DNA of 64,000 nucleotides from an uncultured Actinomycetes bacterium. GTDB taxonomy: Bacteria; Actinomycetota; Humimicrobiia; Humimicrobiales; Humimicrobiaceae. This document shows positions 26,944-36,616 of this stretch, piece after piece. Location of the stretch: the NCBI GenBank assembly GCA_963847665.1, contig CAWKAO010000001.1, positions 120,131-184,130 of the forward strand, written 5' to 3'. The position numbers and the translations under genes are program-made. The notes under the pieces were generated by a model. It had not been told where the DNA came from, did not search any database, and saw nothing but the letters and a program-made list of their open reading frames with translations. Positions within the stretch are counted from its first letter, which is position 1, and every line of letters begins with the position of its first letter.

Positions 26944-29364
26944 TTAAGCTGTAAATGCTGATATTTTTTGCTCTTGACCGATTATATGTTTTTTTGCATT
27001 CTGAAATGGGTCTTTTTCAAGAGCGTTTCTTACAGCCTCGTCAATATTGTCTACAAAGACAAGCTTAAGTCCCTTAAGTATATTAGAAGGTATTTCTTCC
27101 AGGTCCTTCTTATTCTTTGCAGGAAGGATGACCAATCTAAGTCCAGCTCTTTTGGCTGCAAGAAGTTTTTCCTTCAGGCCACCGATAGGGAGGACCCTTC
27201 CTCTGAGAGTAATTTCGCCTGTCATACCTACATCCCTAAGGACTGGTATACCAGTCATTGCTGACAGGAGAGACGTAGTTATAGCTACTCCTGCAGACGG
27301 GCCGTCTTTTGGCACTGCTCCAGCTGGGACATGTATATGAGTATCAGATTTGCTGAACATGTTGTCATTTATACCAAATGCTCCAGCTTTCGAGTGTACA
27401 TAACTGATCGCTGCTTTCGCAGATTCCTGCATTACTTCTCCAAGATTACCTGTCAGTATCAGCTTGCCATTTCCCTTGTAATGAGTTGATTCTATTAATA
27501 TTATATCTCCACCCACTGGAGTATAGGCCAGTCCTGTCGAAACACCGATACTGTTTTTATCCTCAAGCTCACTGGGCTGTATTTTTGAGACACCCAGATA
27601 TTCATTTATTTTATTGCGAGTTATGATCTTAGGATATTTCTTATTTTCCAGTATTTCCCTGGCTACTTTTTTACAGATATTCCCGATCTCACGCTCAAGA
27701 TTCCTGACCCCTGCTTCTCTTGTATACTCCTCGATTAAAAGAAGGGTCGAATCATTCGAGAATTTAACATTATACTTATCGATTCCCTGTTCCTTCATCT
27801 GCTTTGGGATCAAAAATCTTTCAGCGATATGGATCTTTTCTTCTGAGCTGTACCCCGGTATCTCTATGACCTCCATCCTGTCGCGCAGTGCCGGGTGTAT
27901 CGTATCAAGTATATTTGCCGTTGTTATAAACATGACATTGGACAGGTCATAAGGAACTTCAAGATAATGGTCCCTGAAGGAATTGTTCTGTTCAGGATCC
28001 AGTACCTCAAGTAAGGCTGAAGAAGGGTCTCCCCTGTAATCGGCGCCTACCTTATCTATCTCATCAAGCATAAATACCGGATTGTTTGTCTTGACCTGTG
28101 AAAGACCCTGAATGACCCTTCCAGGTAATGCACCGACATATGTCCTTCGATGCCCCCTTATTTCTGCTTCATCCCTGATACCGCCAATAGACATCCTGAT
28201 AAACTTTCTACCCATAGCTTTTGCGATGGATTGCCCGAGGGATGTCTTACCTACACCGGGAGGTCCGACAAAGCAAAGGATAGGTCCTTTTGTCGTCTTT
28301 CCTTTCAATTTTCTTACTGCAAGGTAATCAAGGATATGTTCCTTGACTTTTTCAAGATCATAATGGTCATTATCCAGTACTTTCTTTGCTTTTTTGAGTT
28401 CGAGAACATCCTTTGTCCTTTCAGACCAGGGGACATCAAGCATCCAGTCTATGTAAGTCCTTATATATGAATATTCAGGTGACATACTGTTCATGGATTC
28501 AAGTCTTTTTATTTCCTTTTTTACTTTTTCCCTTGCATCTTTGGGCATTTTTTTCTTTAAGAGTTTCTTCTCAAGGTCATTAATAAGCTCAAAAGATTCA
28601 TCTGCTTCTCCCAGCTCTTCTTTGATAGCTTTTAATTGCTGCCTTAGGTAATACTCTCTCTGGGTTTTTCCGACTTCCTTCTGTACCTTGTCCCTTATTT
28701 GAGATTGTACCTCAAACTTACGTAACTCTTCGCTCAAGTATTCTGTAAGTTTTTTTAATCTGCTGATCACATTTACTTCCTCAAGTATTGACTGCTTCTG
28801 TATTGTTTCAGTTAAAAGGTAAGATGCAAAAAGATCAGCCTGTACTTCCGGTTTGGATATATTTGTAGCTGCCACTACAAAAGCTGTAGGAAGCGGAATA
28901 CCAAGCTGGATGAACTTCTCGACCTGTATCCTTATTGTAGTATTAAGATTCTCTGTTTCCTCTGTAATAGTAAAAGGTTCCTCTTCGACCACTTCAGTAA
29001 ATACCCTGAAATAAGGTTCGGTCTGGGTAAAATATTTTACTTTCACCCTGCTGATACCTTCGACAATACATTTCAATTCATCATGTCCAAGATTTACTAC
29101 CTGCTTTAAAACACAGGCCGTACCTATATCATAAAGATCCTCTCTTGAGATGTCTTCTTTGCCTTCTTCCCGCTGTGCCATAACGACTATTATCTTGTGC
29201 TCTTTTGAAGCATTATTTATAGCCTCTATAGATTTTTTCCGGCCTACTACAAGTGGAGTAGAAAGGAACGGAAATACCACGCTGTTTTTTAAAGCCAATA
29301 AAGGCAATTCCTGCGGTATTTTTATTGCAGTATTTTTTTCGTTTGTTTTGCTTTCTTCTGCCAT
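26944..29364 (-). CDS. lon: ATP-dependent Lon protease
   Basis: GPPGVGKTS, GHRRTYVGA, PKDGPSAG; ATG 29364 follows AGGAG. Confidence 0.97.
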   Translation of the reverse strand: MAEESKTNEKNTAIKIPQELPLLALKNSVVFPFLSTPLVVGRKKSIEAINNASKEHKIIVVMAQREEGKEDISREDLYDIGTACVLKQVVNLGHDELKCIVEGISRVKVKYFTQTEPYFRVFTEVVEEEPFTITEETENLNTTIRIQVEKFIQLGIPLPTAFVVAATNISKPEVQADLFASYLLTETIQKQSILEEVNVISRLKKLTEYLSEELRKFEVQSQIRDKVQKEVGKTQREYYLRQQLKAIKEELGEADESFELINDLEKKLLKKKMPKDAREKVKKEIKRLESMNSMSPEYSYIRTYIDWMLDVPWSERTKDVLELKKAKKVLDNDHYDLEKVKEHILDYLAVRKLKGKTTKGPILCFVGPPGVGKTSLGQSIAKAMGRKFIRMSIGGIRDEAEIRGHRRTYVGALPGRVIQGLSQVKTNNPVFMLDEIDKVGADYRGDPSSALLEVLDPEQNNSFRDHYLEVPYDLSNVMFITTANILDTIHPALRDRMEVIEIPGYSSEEKIHIAERFLIPKQMKEQGIDKYNVKFSNDSTLLLIEEYTREAGVRNLEREIGNICKKVAREILENKKYPKIITRNKINEYLGVSKIQPSELEDKNSIGVSTGLAYTPVGGDIILIESTHYKGNGKLILTGNLGEVMQESAKAAISYVHSKAGAFGINDNMFSKSDTHIHVPAGAVPKDGPSAGVAITTSLLSAMTGIPVLRDVGMTGEITLRGRVLPIGGLKEKLLAAKRAGLRLVILPAKNKKDLEEIPSNILKGLKLVFVDNIDEAVRNALEKDPFQNAKKHIIGQEQKISAFTA

Positions 29365-29572
29365 TAAATTCAACTCCTATAAATTATTTGAAACCAGTAA
29401 AAAATACTGGGTCAATTATTATATCGACTGACTTTTATTAAATCATTACTTTATTCTGACATAGATTATACCATGGTAGGTGTATATAGAACAGTGATTA
29501 AACCAAAAATATAAAATAATTTTTTAAATAAAGTAAATTATATTTTCACTTTAAGTGAAAAATATATTAGTA

Positions 29573-29600
29573 ATTATAATTGTTTTTTCATGGTTGTCAA
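29573..29600 (-). promoter_or_regulatory. Sigma70-type promoter upstream of lon
   Basis: Minus strand TTGACA-N16-TATAAT. Confidence 0.65.
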
Positions 29601-29615
29601 TAGAGGATTTTCTAT

Positions 29616-29978
29616 CTAATATCCGAGAAGTCTGAGTTTTTTTTCATCCATACCGAAATAGTGTCCGATTTCATGCAGTACGACTTTCTTTACAGTTCTT
29701 TTTATATCTTCAGGTCCGCTGCAGACTGATTCTATTGCTTTTTTAAAAATAGTGATCTTATCTGGAAGAGCAGGGCTGCGCATGCCTCTCTTTGTAAATG
29801 GCACCCCCTGATAAAGGGCAAGTATTATCTTCTGTTCAGATTCCTTCCCCTGGTTCTCGGGTTTCTGTATATTGTGCTCATCGATGACAATATCGATGTT
29901 TTCAAGTTTTTCCTTGAAGTATTTGGGTACTGTTTCAAGCACCTGGATGACTATTATTTCAAATTCTTCTCTATCCAT
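29616..29978 (-). CDS. Zincin-like metallopeptidase family protein
   Basis: LYQGVP, PDKITIF, VVLHEIGHYFG. Confidence 0.88.
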   Translation of the reverse strand: MDREEFEIIVIQVLETVPKYFKEKLENIDIVIDEHNIQKPENQGKESEQKIILALYQGVPFTKRGMRSPALPDKITIFKKAIESVCSGPEDIKRTVKKVVLHEIGHYFGMDEKKLRLLGY

Positions 29979-30093
29979 ATCCGATTTTTATAACATTCTT
30001 TGGTTGAAATGATAATTAATATGTTAAAATTATTACAGAATTTTTGTTAATATTAAATAGGACCTTCAAAAAACATTTAAAGCGGGGGCTGCA

Positions 30094-30834
30094 ATGTCAA
30101 GAATAAGATGGCAGATCATACTTGGAATTATACTACTCGTACTTTCAGGGGTATTATATGCCGTTCATTTTGTAATATTTAGGGACTCTCACCACATCTT
30201 TATTTATATGCTTGGAGATGTCGCTTTTTTACCTATAGAGGTTCTGCTCGTAACACTCATAGTCGACAGGGTCCTGAGTGTCAGGGAAAAAAGAGCGATG
30301 CTGGAAAAACTAAACATGGTCATAGGAGCATTTTTCAGTGAGGTCGGTCTTAAGCTTATTTACCATTTTTCCTGTTTTGACCTGAACACAGAAAATGTAA
30401 AAAAGGAATTGCGCGATGTCAGTAAATGGGGAGATAAAGATTTCCAGGAGGTAAATAAGATTCTTAAAAAATTGAAGTATTCCATAAGCTGTAAATCGGG
30501 AAATCTTATGGATCTTAAAGCATTCCTTTCAGAAAGAAGGGAATTTTTACTGAGGCTTCTTGAAAACCCGAACCTGCTGGAGCATGAAGAATTCACAGGA
30601 CTGCTCTGGGCCGTTTTTCATCTTACTGAAGAACTTGAATACAGGAAGGATCTTGAGAGCCTGCCTGGATCTGATTACAGCCACATAGAAGGTGATATAA
30701 AGAGAGCATATGTCATCCTGATAGCAGAATGGCTTGATTATATGAAGCATCTAAAAAACAGCTATCCGTATCTCTTTTCGCTTGCATCCCGAATGAATCC
30801 GTTTAACGAAGACGCCTCTCCGATCATAAGCTAA
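30094..30834 (+). CDS. Conserved hypothetical membrane protein
   Basis: Two N-terminal TM helices, KLNMVIGAFFSEVG, LLENPNLLEHE, YPYLFSLA.R.NPF. Confidence 0.7.
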   Translation: MSRIRWQIILGIILLVLSGVLYAVHFVIFRDSHHIFIYMLGDVAFLPIEVLLVTLIVDRVLSVREKRAMLEKLNMVIGAFFSEVGLKLIYHFSCFDLNTENVKKELRDVSKWGDKDFQEVNKILKKLKYSISCKSGNLMDLKAFLSERREFLLRLLENPNLLEHEEFTGLLWAVFHLTEELEYRKDLESLPGSDYSHIEGDIKRAYVILIAEWLDYMKHLKNSYPYLFSLASRMNPFNEDASPIIS

Positions 30835-30877
30835 AACATCTATCGATTGGAGTCACCAGAAAAATGCAGGAAAGTAA

Positions 30878-31795
30878 ATGAAAAAGATAATAAGAATAAT
30901 CACAAATAGAAATTTTATTTTTATTCTCTCTATTGTTCTCGGGATCGTAATAAGGGATGTACCAAAATGGACATCGCATCTGACCATTCCTGCACTGGCA
31001 ATAGTAATGACGGTCTCCCTTACGCAGATATCACTACGCAGTATCACAAGCATAAAAAGCATTATCAGGCCTGTTCTTTATTCTATTCTATTCAATTATA
31101 TTATCTTTGCTGCATTCATGCTGGCCATCGCAAGATTTCTTATTATCGATAAAGAACTTTGGATTGGCTTTATCGTTTTAGCTTTCGCACCTCCAGGTGT
31201 CGCTATCCCGCCATTTACCCATATAATCGGTGGCAATGAGAAGTTTTCTATAATAAGTGTAGTGGCCGGATACATTGCGGCTCTTGCTATAATACCGTTA
31301 GCAGGACTGGTATTCATTGGAAAAAATTTTATCCAACCATTGAAGCTGATACTGGTTTTTCTGGAGCTTATTATTGCCCCTCTTATAATATCCCAGATAC
31401 TGATTAGGTTTAAACTTGATAAGCATATAGCAAAATGGAGGGGTACTGTCGTTAACTATGGTTTATTTATTGTAATATTTGTTGTCATTGCTTTAAACAG
31501 GGAAATATTTTTCACAGATCTCAAGGTACTGGGGTTTATTATACTGATAGCATCATTAACAATATTCGGGTTATGGTTCCTGATCAGTTTCAGTCTGAAA
31601 AAGTTAAGATTTGAAGAAGAAACAAGAAGGAGCCTCATCCTGGTCGGCCTGATAAAAAACAGTGGTTTTGCTGCAGCGACTGCTCTTGAACTGTTTGGCA
31701 TAAGATCTTCTCTCCCTGGTGCAGTTTTTAGTGTTTTTATAATTATCTTTCTAATATTAGTCCCGCTTCAATTTAGGAGTCCGGCTACAAAATAG
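30878..31795 (+). CDS. Bile acid:sodium symporter (BASS)-like transporter
   Basis: Polytopic protein; APPGVA and KNSGFAAA motifs. Confidence 0.75.
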   Translation: MKKIIRIITNRNFIFILSIVLGIVIRDVPKWTSHLTIPALAIVMTVSLTQISLRSITSIKSIIRPVLYSILFNYIIFAAFMLAIARFLIIDKELWIGFIVLAFAPPGVAIPPFTHIIGGNEKFSIISVVAGYIAALAIIPLAGLVFIGKNFIQPLKLILVFLELIIAPLIISQILIRFKLDKHIAKWRGTVVNYGLFIVIFVVIALNREIFFTDLKVLGFIILIASLTIFGLWFLISFSLKKLRFEEETRRSLILVGLIKNSGFAAATALELFGIRSSLPGAVFSVFIIIFLILVPLQFRSPATK

Positions 31796-31808
31796 CCTCA
31801 TACCCAAT

Positions 31809-32609
31809 ATGACCATAGACCATAAAATTTTATATGATACTGAACATATCTCCAGAGAATATGCTGGAAGGGATTATCTTGATCCGGCAGAAAAAGCACT
31901 GATAAAAGAACTCGGAACCAGTTTGTCAGAAATGGATATGCTTGATATGGGAGTAGGTGGAGGTAGGACCACGAAATACTTTGCTCCTCTTGTAAAAAGT
32001 TATATTGGAGCGGATTATTCTCCCTTAATGCTTAATGAGTGCAGGAAAAAATATCCTAAAGGTTATAGTTTTATAGAATGCGATGTAAGGAAAATGCAGG
32101 TCTTTGAAGACGATTCATTTGATTTTATACTCTTCAGCTACAACGGAATAGATAGCTTTTCTCATAAAGACCGGATCTCAGCTCTTAAGGAAATAAAAAG
32201 AGTATTAAGAGATGGAGGTATTCTGTTTTTTTCATCCCATAATCTTGGATGGGAGAGACTTTTGGAAATCTTCACAATAAAAAAAAGCAAAACTAAAAAA
32301 ATATTCACACTTCTTTCATTCCTGAAAATAGTCCGCCTGAATGTATTAAATCGCAGCTTTGATATGAAAAACCGCATAAATAAGCTCCGGGAAAAAAACA
32401 GGGGACATATTTATGACAATTCTTTAAACGGTAAAGCCGGGGTCTATTATATCACTCAAAACGAGCAGGTAAGGCAGTTAAGGGGATTGGGTTTTAAAGA
32501 TATTGTTACTTATTGCTGTGAAGGCATCCAAACGACAAACCAGGACCTTTTGAACCGTGGAGGCTGGATATATTACTTTTGCAGAACATCCACAAAAAGG
32601 GAAAGATGA
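31809..32609 (+). CDS. Class I SAM-dependent methyltransferase
   Basis: LDMGVGGGRT, GADYS, FSYNGID, FFSSHN. Confidence 0.85.
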   Translation: MTIDHKILYDTEHISREYAGRDYLDPAEKALIKELGTSLSEMDMLDMGVGGGRTTKYFAPLVKSYIGADYSPLMLNECRKKYPKGYSFIECDVRKMQVFEDDSFDFILFSYNGIDSFSHKDRISALKEIKRVLRDGGILFFSSHNLGWERLLEIFTIKKSKTKKIFTLLSFLKIVRLNVLNRSFDMKNRINKLREKNRGHIYDNSLNGKAGVYYITQNEQVRQLRGLGFKDIVTYCCEGIQTTNQDLLNRGGWIYYFCRTSTKRER

Positions 32610-32951
32610 TAAATAAGAAAGAAAAAGCCAGGGCATTATCAATTTTTAGTTTGGACGGTTAAATATAGAATATAGATATCATCAGTATTAAGTGGTAAAA
32701 ACAAGTAAATCAACTAACCTTGGTGTTAATTAAGTAAAAAAGTAATGCTTAGTTAGCAAAAGCAATTTCAAGAATAGCTATTATAGTCTACTCTGCATGA
32801 CCAAAATAGTTATATGTTTTTTGGGAAAAAGTTTGATTTTTTCAGTGTTATTCTGTAATATTTCGAGCTAACTTTTTTCATTTTTTTACAAACTTTTTTT
32901 ACTGATGATTATTGACTTTTTGCATGTCTAATATCACTAAAGGAGGATAAT

Positions 32952-33260
32952 ATGAGTCACGGTCCGGCTACAGAATGGAAGGAAGATGCAAAAACATCCA
33001 GGAAAAAATCAAAACTCGGTATCTGGATGTTTCTTTTGTATGCTGTTATTTATGCTGTTTTTATCATTATTAATGTCATAGACCCAAAGATCATGGGACT
33101 TGATATAGGCGGATTAAACTTGGCTATTGTATATGGATTTGGACTTATTATTTTTGCTCTTATTCTTGCACTTATATATAACGCAATCTGCGGGAAAATG
33201 GAACAGGAAGCAGAAAAGACCATAAAACTTGAAAAGAAGCTGCAGAAAGGCGGTAAATAA
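32952..33260 (+). CDS. DUF485 (YjcH-like) membrane protein
   Basis: Two TM helices, GLNLAIVYGFGLI; overlaps the actP start. Confidence 0.82.
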   Translation: MSHGPATEWKEDAKTSRKKSKLGIWMFLLYAVIYAVFIIINVIDPKIMGLDIGGLNLAIVYGFGLIIFALILALIYNAICGKMEQEAEKTIKLEKKLQKGGK

Positions 33261-35254
33261 TGAACTACACTCCTTCTATTTGGGCAATAATAATATTTGC
33301 TGCTTTTGTGGCCATAGTGCTTTATATTTCATATTACTTTGCAAAAAAGGCAAATAGTGCGTCTGGTTATTTTGCAGCTGGAGGAAAGATCCACTGGTCA
33401 ATAAATGGCATAGCGTTTGCAGGTGATTATCTATCTGCTGCATCTTTTCTGGGTATAGCCGGAATGATAGCAGTGGCAGGATTCGACGGTTTTTTATATT
33501 CAATAGGATATCTTGCAGGCTGGATAGTGGCTCTCTTTGTTGTAGCAGAACCCATAAAAAGAATGGGCAAGTTTACGTTTACGGATGCTGTGGATGCTAA
33601 ATTTAATTCAAAGGGAATAAAGCTTATAGCAGCAATCAGCACACTAATAGTCTCACTGTTTTATCTTATCCCTCAGATGGTCGGAGCAGGGTCACTGATA
33701 ACCCCCCTTCTTGGATTGCCTCACTGGGTCGGAGTATTGATAGTCGGCACGATTGTAATAATTATAGTTGCTACTGCAGGGATGACATCAACGACTTATG
33801 TGCAGTTCTTAAAAGGTACACTGCTTATTGTATTCTCTCTCGCACTTGTCATAACCCTCTTTTCCAGGGGTTTTTCTACTGCACCTGACCAGGGAGGAGA
33901 TGTACCATACCACGATCTCCAAACCATACAGATCCAAACAATAAGCGATACAGAAATAATACTAAACAATACTGGATCCAAGATCATCGAGCGATGGGAC
34001 GTAGAAAATAAGGGGAAGGAATTAACTTTTGTAGAACTGGCAAATAATGATGTAAATACAATATGGAGTGTTAACAAAGAGAAAAATGTACTGGAGGAGA
34101 CCTTATTTGTTTCAAAACTCTCAGACGGTACAACACTTTATAATGGGGGCACTCTACAGGAAGAGAAGTTTTACCAGGTCGGTAACCTGCTTGATATAGA
34201 AGGGAAGACACCTGCCAAGACAGGCACTCTTAACCCCTTAAGTTTTTTTGGTATCATTAAAAATAGCGATGTACTTCTCTGGAGTAAATATATAATAAAA
34301 GACCAGGACAGGACCCTGACTGTTTATTACCAGAATCCTACTCCTGGTGAAGAGGTCCTGCGTCCGGGCAGGGTATACAAGCTTGATAGTGCCCTGGGAG
34401 CCACCTGGAAGGACAAGCTTGATTTTATCTCACTGATGATAGCACTGTTCTTTGGTACGGCAGCACTTCCACATATCCTGATAAGATATTACACCGTCTC
34501 GAGTCCAATAGCGGCAAGAAAGTCTACTATAGTAGCAATAGCTGCAATAGGGCTTTTTTATGTATTGACACTATATATGGGCCTTGGTGCCATGACAAGC
34601 GGGGTAATAGACCTTACTAATGAAAATATGTCTGCGCCTCTGCTTGCCCGGTCATTTGGAGTAATACTCTTTTCCGTGATCTCAGCAATAGCTTTTGCAA
34701 CTGTCCTGGGGACTGTAAGCGGTCTTATCTGCGCATCCTCTGGAGCGGTTGCACATGATATCATGGACAGATATATGGGTATGAAGATGAGTGAAAGAAA
34801 GAAAGTCAGGGCAGGAAAGATCACTGCAGTAGGCGTTGGAGTGATCGCGATGGTACTTGGGATAGTTTTTAAAAACATGAATGTCTCATACCTTGTGGGA
34901 TGGGCCTTTTCTGTAGCCGCCTCAGCAAATCTTCCTGCAATCTTGATGATCCTTTTCTGGAAGAGGACCACGGCTCAGGGAGTCATCGCGTCTATAAGTG
35001 TTGGGCTTATTTCCGCGCTGGCCTTGATACTTCTGTCACAGAAGACATTTAATGAAGTGTATGGTATTCCAAATGTTACGGCACCTTTGCAAATAAATAA
35101 TCCGGCAATATTTTCAGTTCCACTCAGCTTTTTAACTCTTGTGATAGTCTCGCTTATAACCGGGCGAAAGAACAAAAATAAGCTTAATTCACCGGATGCT
35201 GCCGAATCAAATACTGCGACATCAGAAGCAGGAACTGAAAGATGTGGTATATAA
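33260..35254 (+). CDS. actP: Cation/acetate symporter ActP-like (SSS family)
   Basis: NGIAFAGDYLSAASFLG, YLIPQMVGAG, GTAALPHILIRYYTV, AFSVAASANLP. Confidence 0.9.
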   Translation: MNYTPSIWAIIIFAAFVAIVLYISYYFAKKANSASGYFAAGGKIHWSINGIAFAGDYLSAASFLGIAGMIAVAGFDGFLYSIGYLAGWIVALFVVAEPIKRMGKFTFTDAVDAKFNSKGIKLIAAISTLIVSLFYLIPQMVGAGSLITPLLGLPHWVGVLIVGTIVIIIVATAGMTSTTYVQFLKGTLLIVFSLALVITLFSRGFSTAPDQGGDVPYHDLQTIQIQTISDTEIILNNTGSKIIERWDVENKGKELTFVELANNDVNTIWSVNKEKNVLEETLFVSKLSDGTTLYNGGTLQEEKFYQVGNLLDIEGKTPAKTGTLNPLSFFGIIKNSDVLLWSKYIIKDQDRTLTVYYQNPTPGEEVLRPGRVYKLDSALGATWKDKLDFISLMIALFFGTAALPHILIRYYTVSSPIAARKSTIVAIAAIGLFYVLTLYMGLGAMTSGVIDLTNENMSAPLLARSFGVILFSVISAIAFATVLGTVSGLICASSGAVAHDIMDRYMGMKMSERKKVRAGKITAVGVGVIAMVLGIVFKNMNVSYLVGWAFSVAASANLPAILMILFWKRTTAQGVIASISVGLISALALILLSQKTFNEVYGIPNVTAPLQINNPAIFSVPLSFLTLVIVSLITGRKNKNKLNSPDAAESNTATSEAGTERCGI

Positions 35255-35268
35255 ATTCTGGTAAATAA

Positions 35269-35307
35269 AAAAAGACACAGGTCTGATTTTCTTTCCTGTG
35301 TCTTTTT
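35269..35307. terminator. Bidirectional intrinsic terminator
   Basis: AAAAAGACACAGG...CCTGTGTCTTTTT between convergent units. Confidence 0.8.
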
Positions 35308-35339
35308 GTTTAGGTCTGACATTTTTAACCTTTCTTTTT

Positions 35340-35441
35340 TTATCCAGCTAGGTATGCTATCAGGATGATTATCAGGGTAAAAGGTACCAGCCAGAATTTT
35401 TCAAGTATTGTAAGCATTGTATCTTTGACTTTAGGACTCAT
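35340..35441 (-). CDS. 33-aa single-TM small protein, not in ORF track
   Basis: AAAGGAGGTG RBS inside the lacI 3' end; MSPKVKDTMLTILEKFWLVPFTLIIILIAYLAG*. Confidence 0.6.
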   Translation of the reverse strand: MSPKVKDTMLTILEKFWLVPFTLIIILIAYLAG

Positions 35442-35442
35442 A

Positions 35443-36453
35443 TTACACACCTCCTTTCAATTTAGCTGATTCACGGATCTCAAGCTCACCATTTATCACT
35501 ACCTTCTCAGGTAGCATACCTGTGTTGCCTGAAATCCTTTTTAGCAGTACTTTTACTGCAGTTTTGCCTATATCATAAAAAGGTCTTTTTATGGTCGTCA
35601 GAGCAGGATTAATATATTTACTCAAATAGATATCTCCGAAACCGATGATCGATATACTGCCGGGTATATCTATTTTTTCTTCGACTATCGCATTGATGGC
35701 ACCAATAGCGATTAGATCACTGGAAGCAAAAACAGCATCAATATTGTTTTTATTTTTAAGCAGTGCTTCTTTCATCAACCTGTGACCCGACCCTACAGAA
35801 CAGTCTCCAAAAAAAACAAGGTCATCCCTGTACAGGTTTTTTTCTTCCAGTGCTTCCTTCCAGCCCATAAAACGGTCCATAAAGGACCTTGAGTATTCCG
35901 GACCCGCCAGTATCATTATGTTTTTATGTCCACTATCTATCAGAAAGCGGGCCGCCTTTAAACCACCATTAAAATTATCAAAAATAACAAGGTCTTTTTT
36001 TAATCCTTTTATCTCCCGGTTTACCATTACGATGGGAACATCCAGACCATTTAAAAAACCGGTATCTCTATATTTGTCATAAACAGGTATCAATATTATC
36101 CCGTCTACCCATAGTGATAGCAGGTCTTTAATGATATGTTCTTCTTTTTCTAATTTATTATTTGAACCAGACAAAAAGACATTATAACCTTTTAATTCCA
36201 GGGCTTCTGCCACTCCTTTTATAAGATCTGAATAATAGGGGCTGGAGATGTCAGGAACAATAAGACCTATATTTAAGGTCTTTTTGTTTATAAGGCTCGC
36301 AGCTATTTTATTTGGTCTGTAACCAGTATTTTCTATTACATCAAGTACCTTTTGCCTGTTTTTATCAGTAACAGTTTCAGCACCATTTATGACATTGGAT
36401 ACTGTTCCTATAGATACTCCCGCTTTTCTTGCGACTTCTTTTATTGTAATCAT
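35443..36453 (-). CDS. LacI family transcriptional regulator
   Basis: TIKEVARKAGVSIGTVSNVIN HTH; IP..ISIIGF; PALTTI. Confidence 0.95.
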   Translation of the reverse strand: MITIKEVARKAGVSIGTVSNVINGAETVTDKNRQKVLDVIENTGYRPNKIAASLINKKTLNIGLIVPDISSPYYSDLIKGVAEALELKGYNVFLSGSNNKLEKEEHIIKDLLSLWVDGIILIPVYDKYRDTGFLNGLDVPIVMVNREIKGLKKDLVIFDNFNGGLKAARFLIDSGHKNIMILAGPEYSRSFMDRFMGWKEALEEKNLYRDDLVFFGDCSVGSGHRLMKEALLKNKNNIDAVFASSDLIAIGAINAIVEEKIDIPGSISIIGFGDIYLSKYINPALTTIKRPFYDIGKTAVKVLLKRISGNTGMLPEKVVINGELEIRESAKLKGGV

Positions 36454-36529
36454 ATCTTCTTCATTCTTTTCTATTAAATCTAAGTCCACTATTCTGTTGT
36501 AAAGCTATCCTTATCAAGACGGACTTACT

Positions 36530-36557
36530 ATGAAACGATTCAATGAAACGTTTCATT
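36530..36557. promoter_or_regulatory. Tandem LacI-type operators
   Basis: Perfect 16-bp palindrome AATGAAACGTTTCATT (36542-36557) and near-copy ATGAAACGATTCAAT (36530-36544), both with the central CG typical of LacI-family sites. Confidence 0.8.
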
Positions 36558-36561
36558 TGTT

Positions 36562-36589
36562 ATTCTATATGATTGCTGGAAGTTGTCAA
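36562..36589 (-). promoter_or_regulatory. Sigma70-type promoter of the LacI gene
   Basis: TTGACA-N16-TAGAAT just upstream of the operators. Confidence 0.7.
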
Positions 36590-36616
36590 GAAAAATTTTA
36601 GAAAAATTTTAGAATC

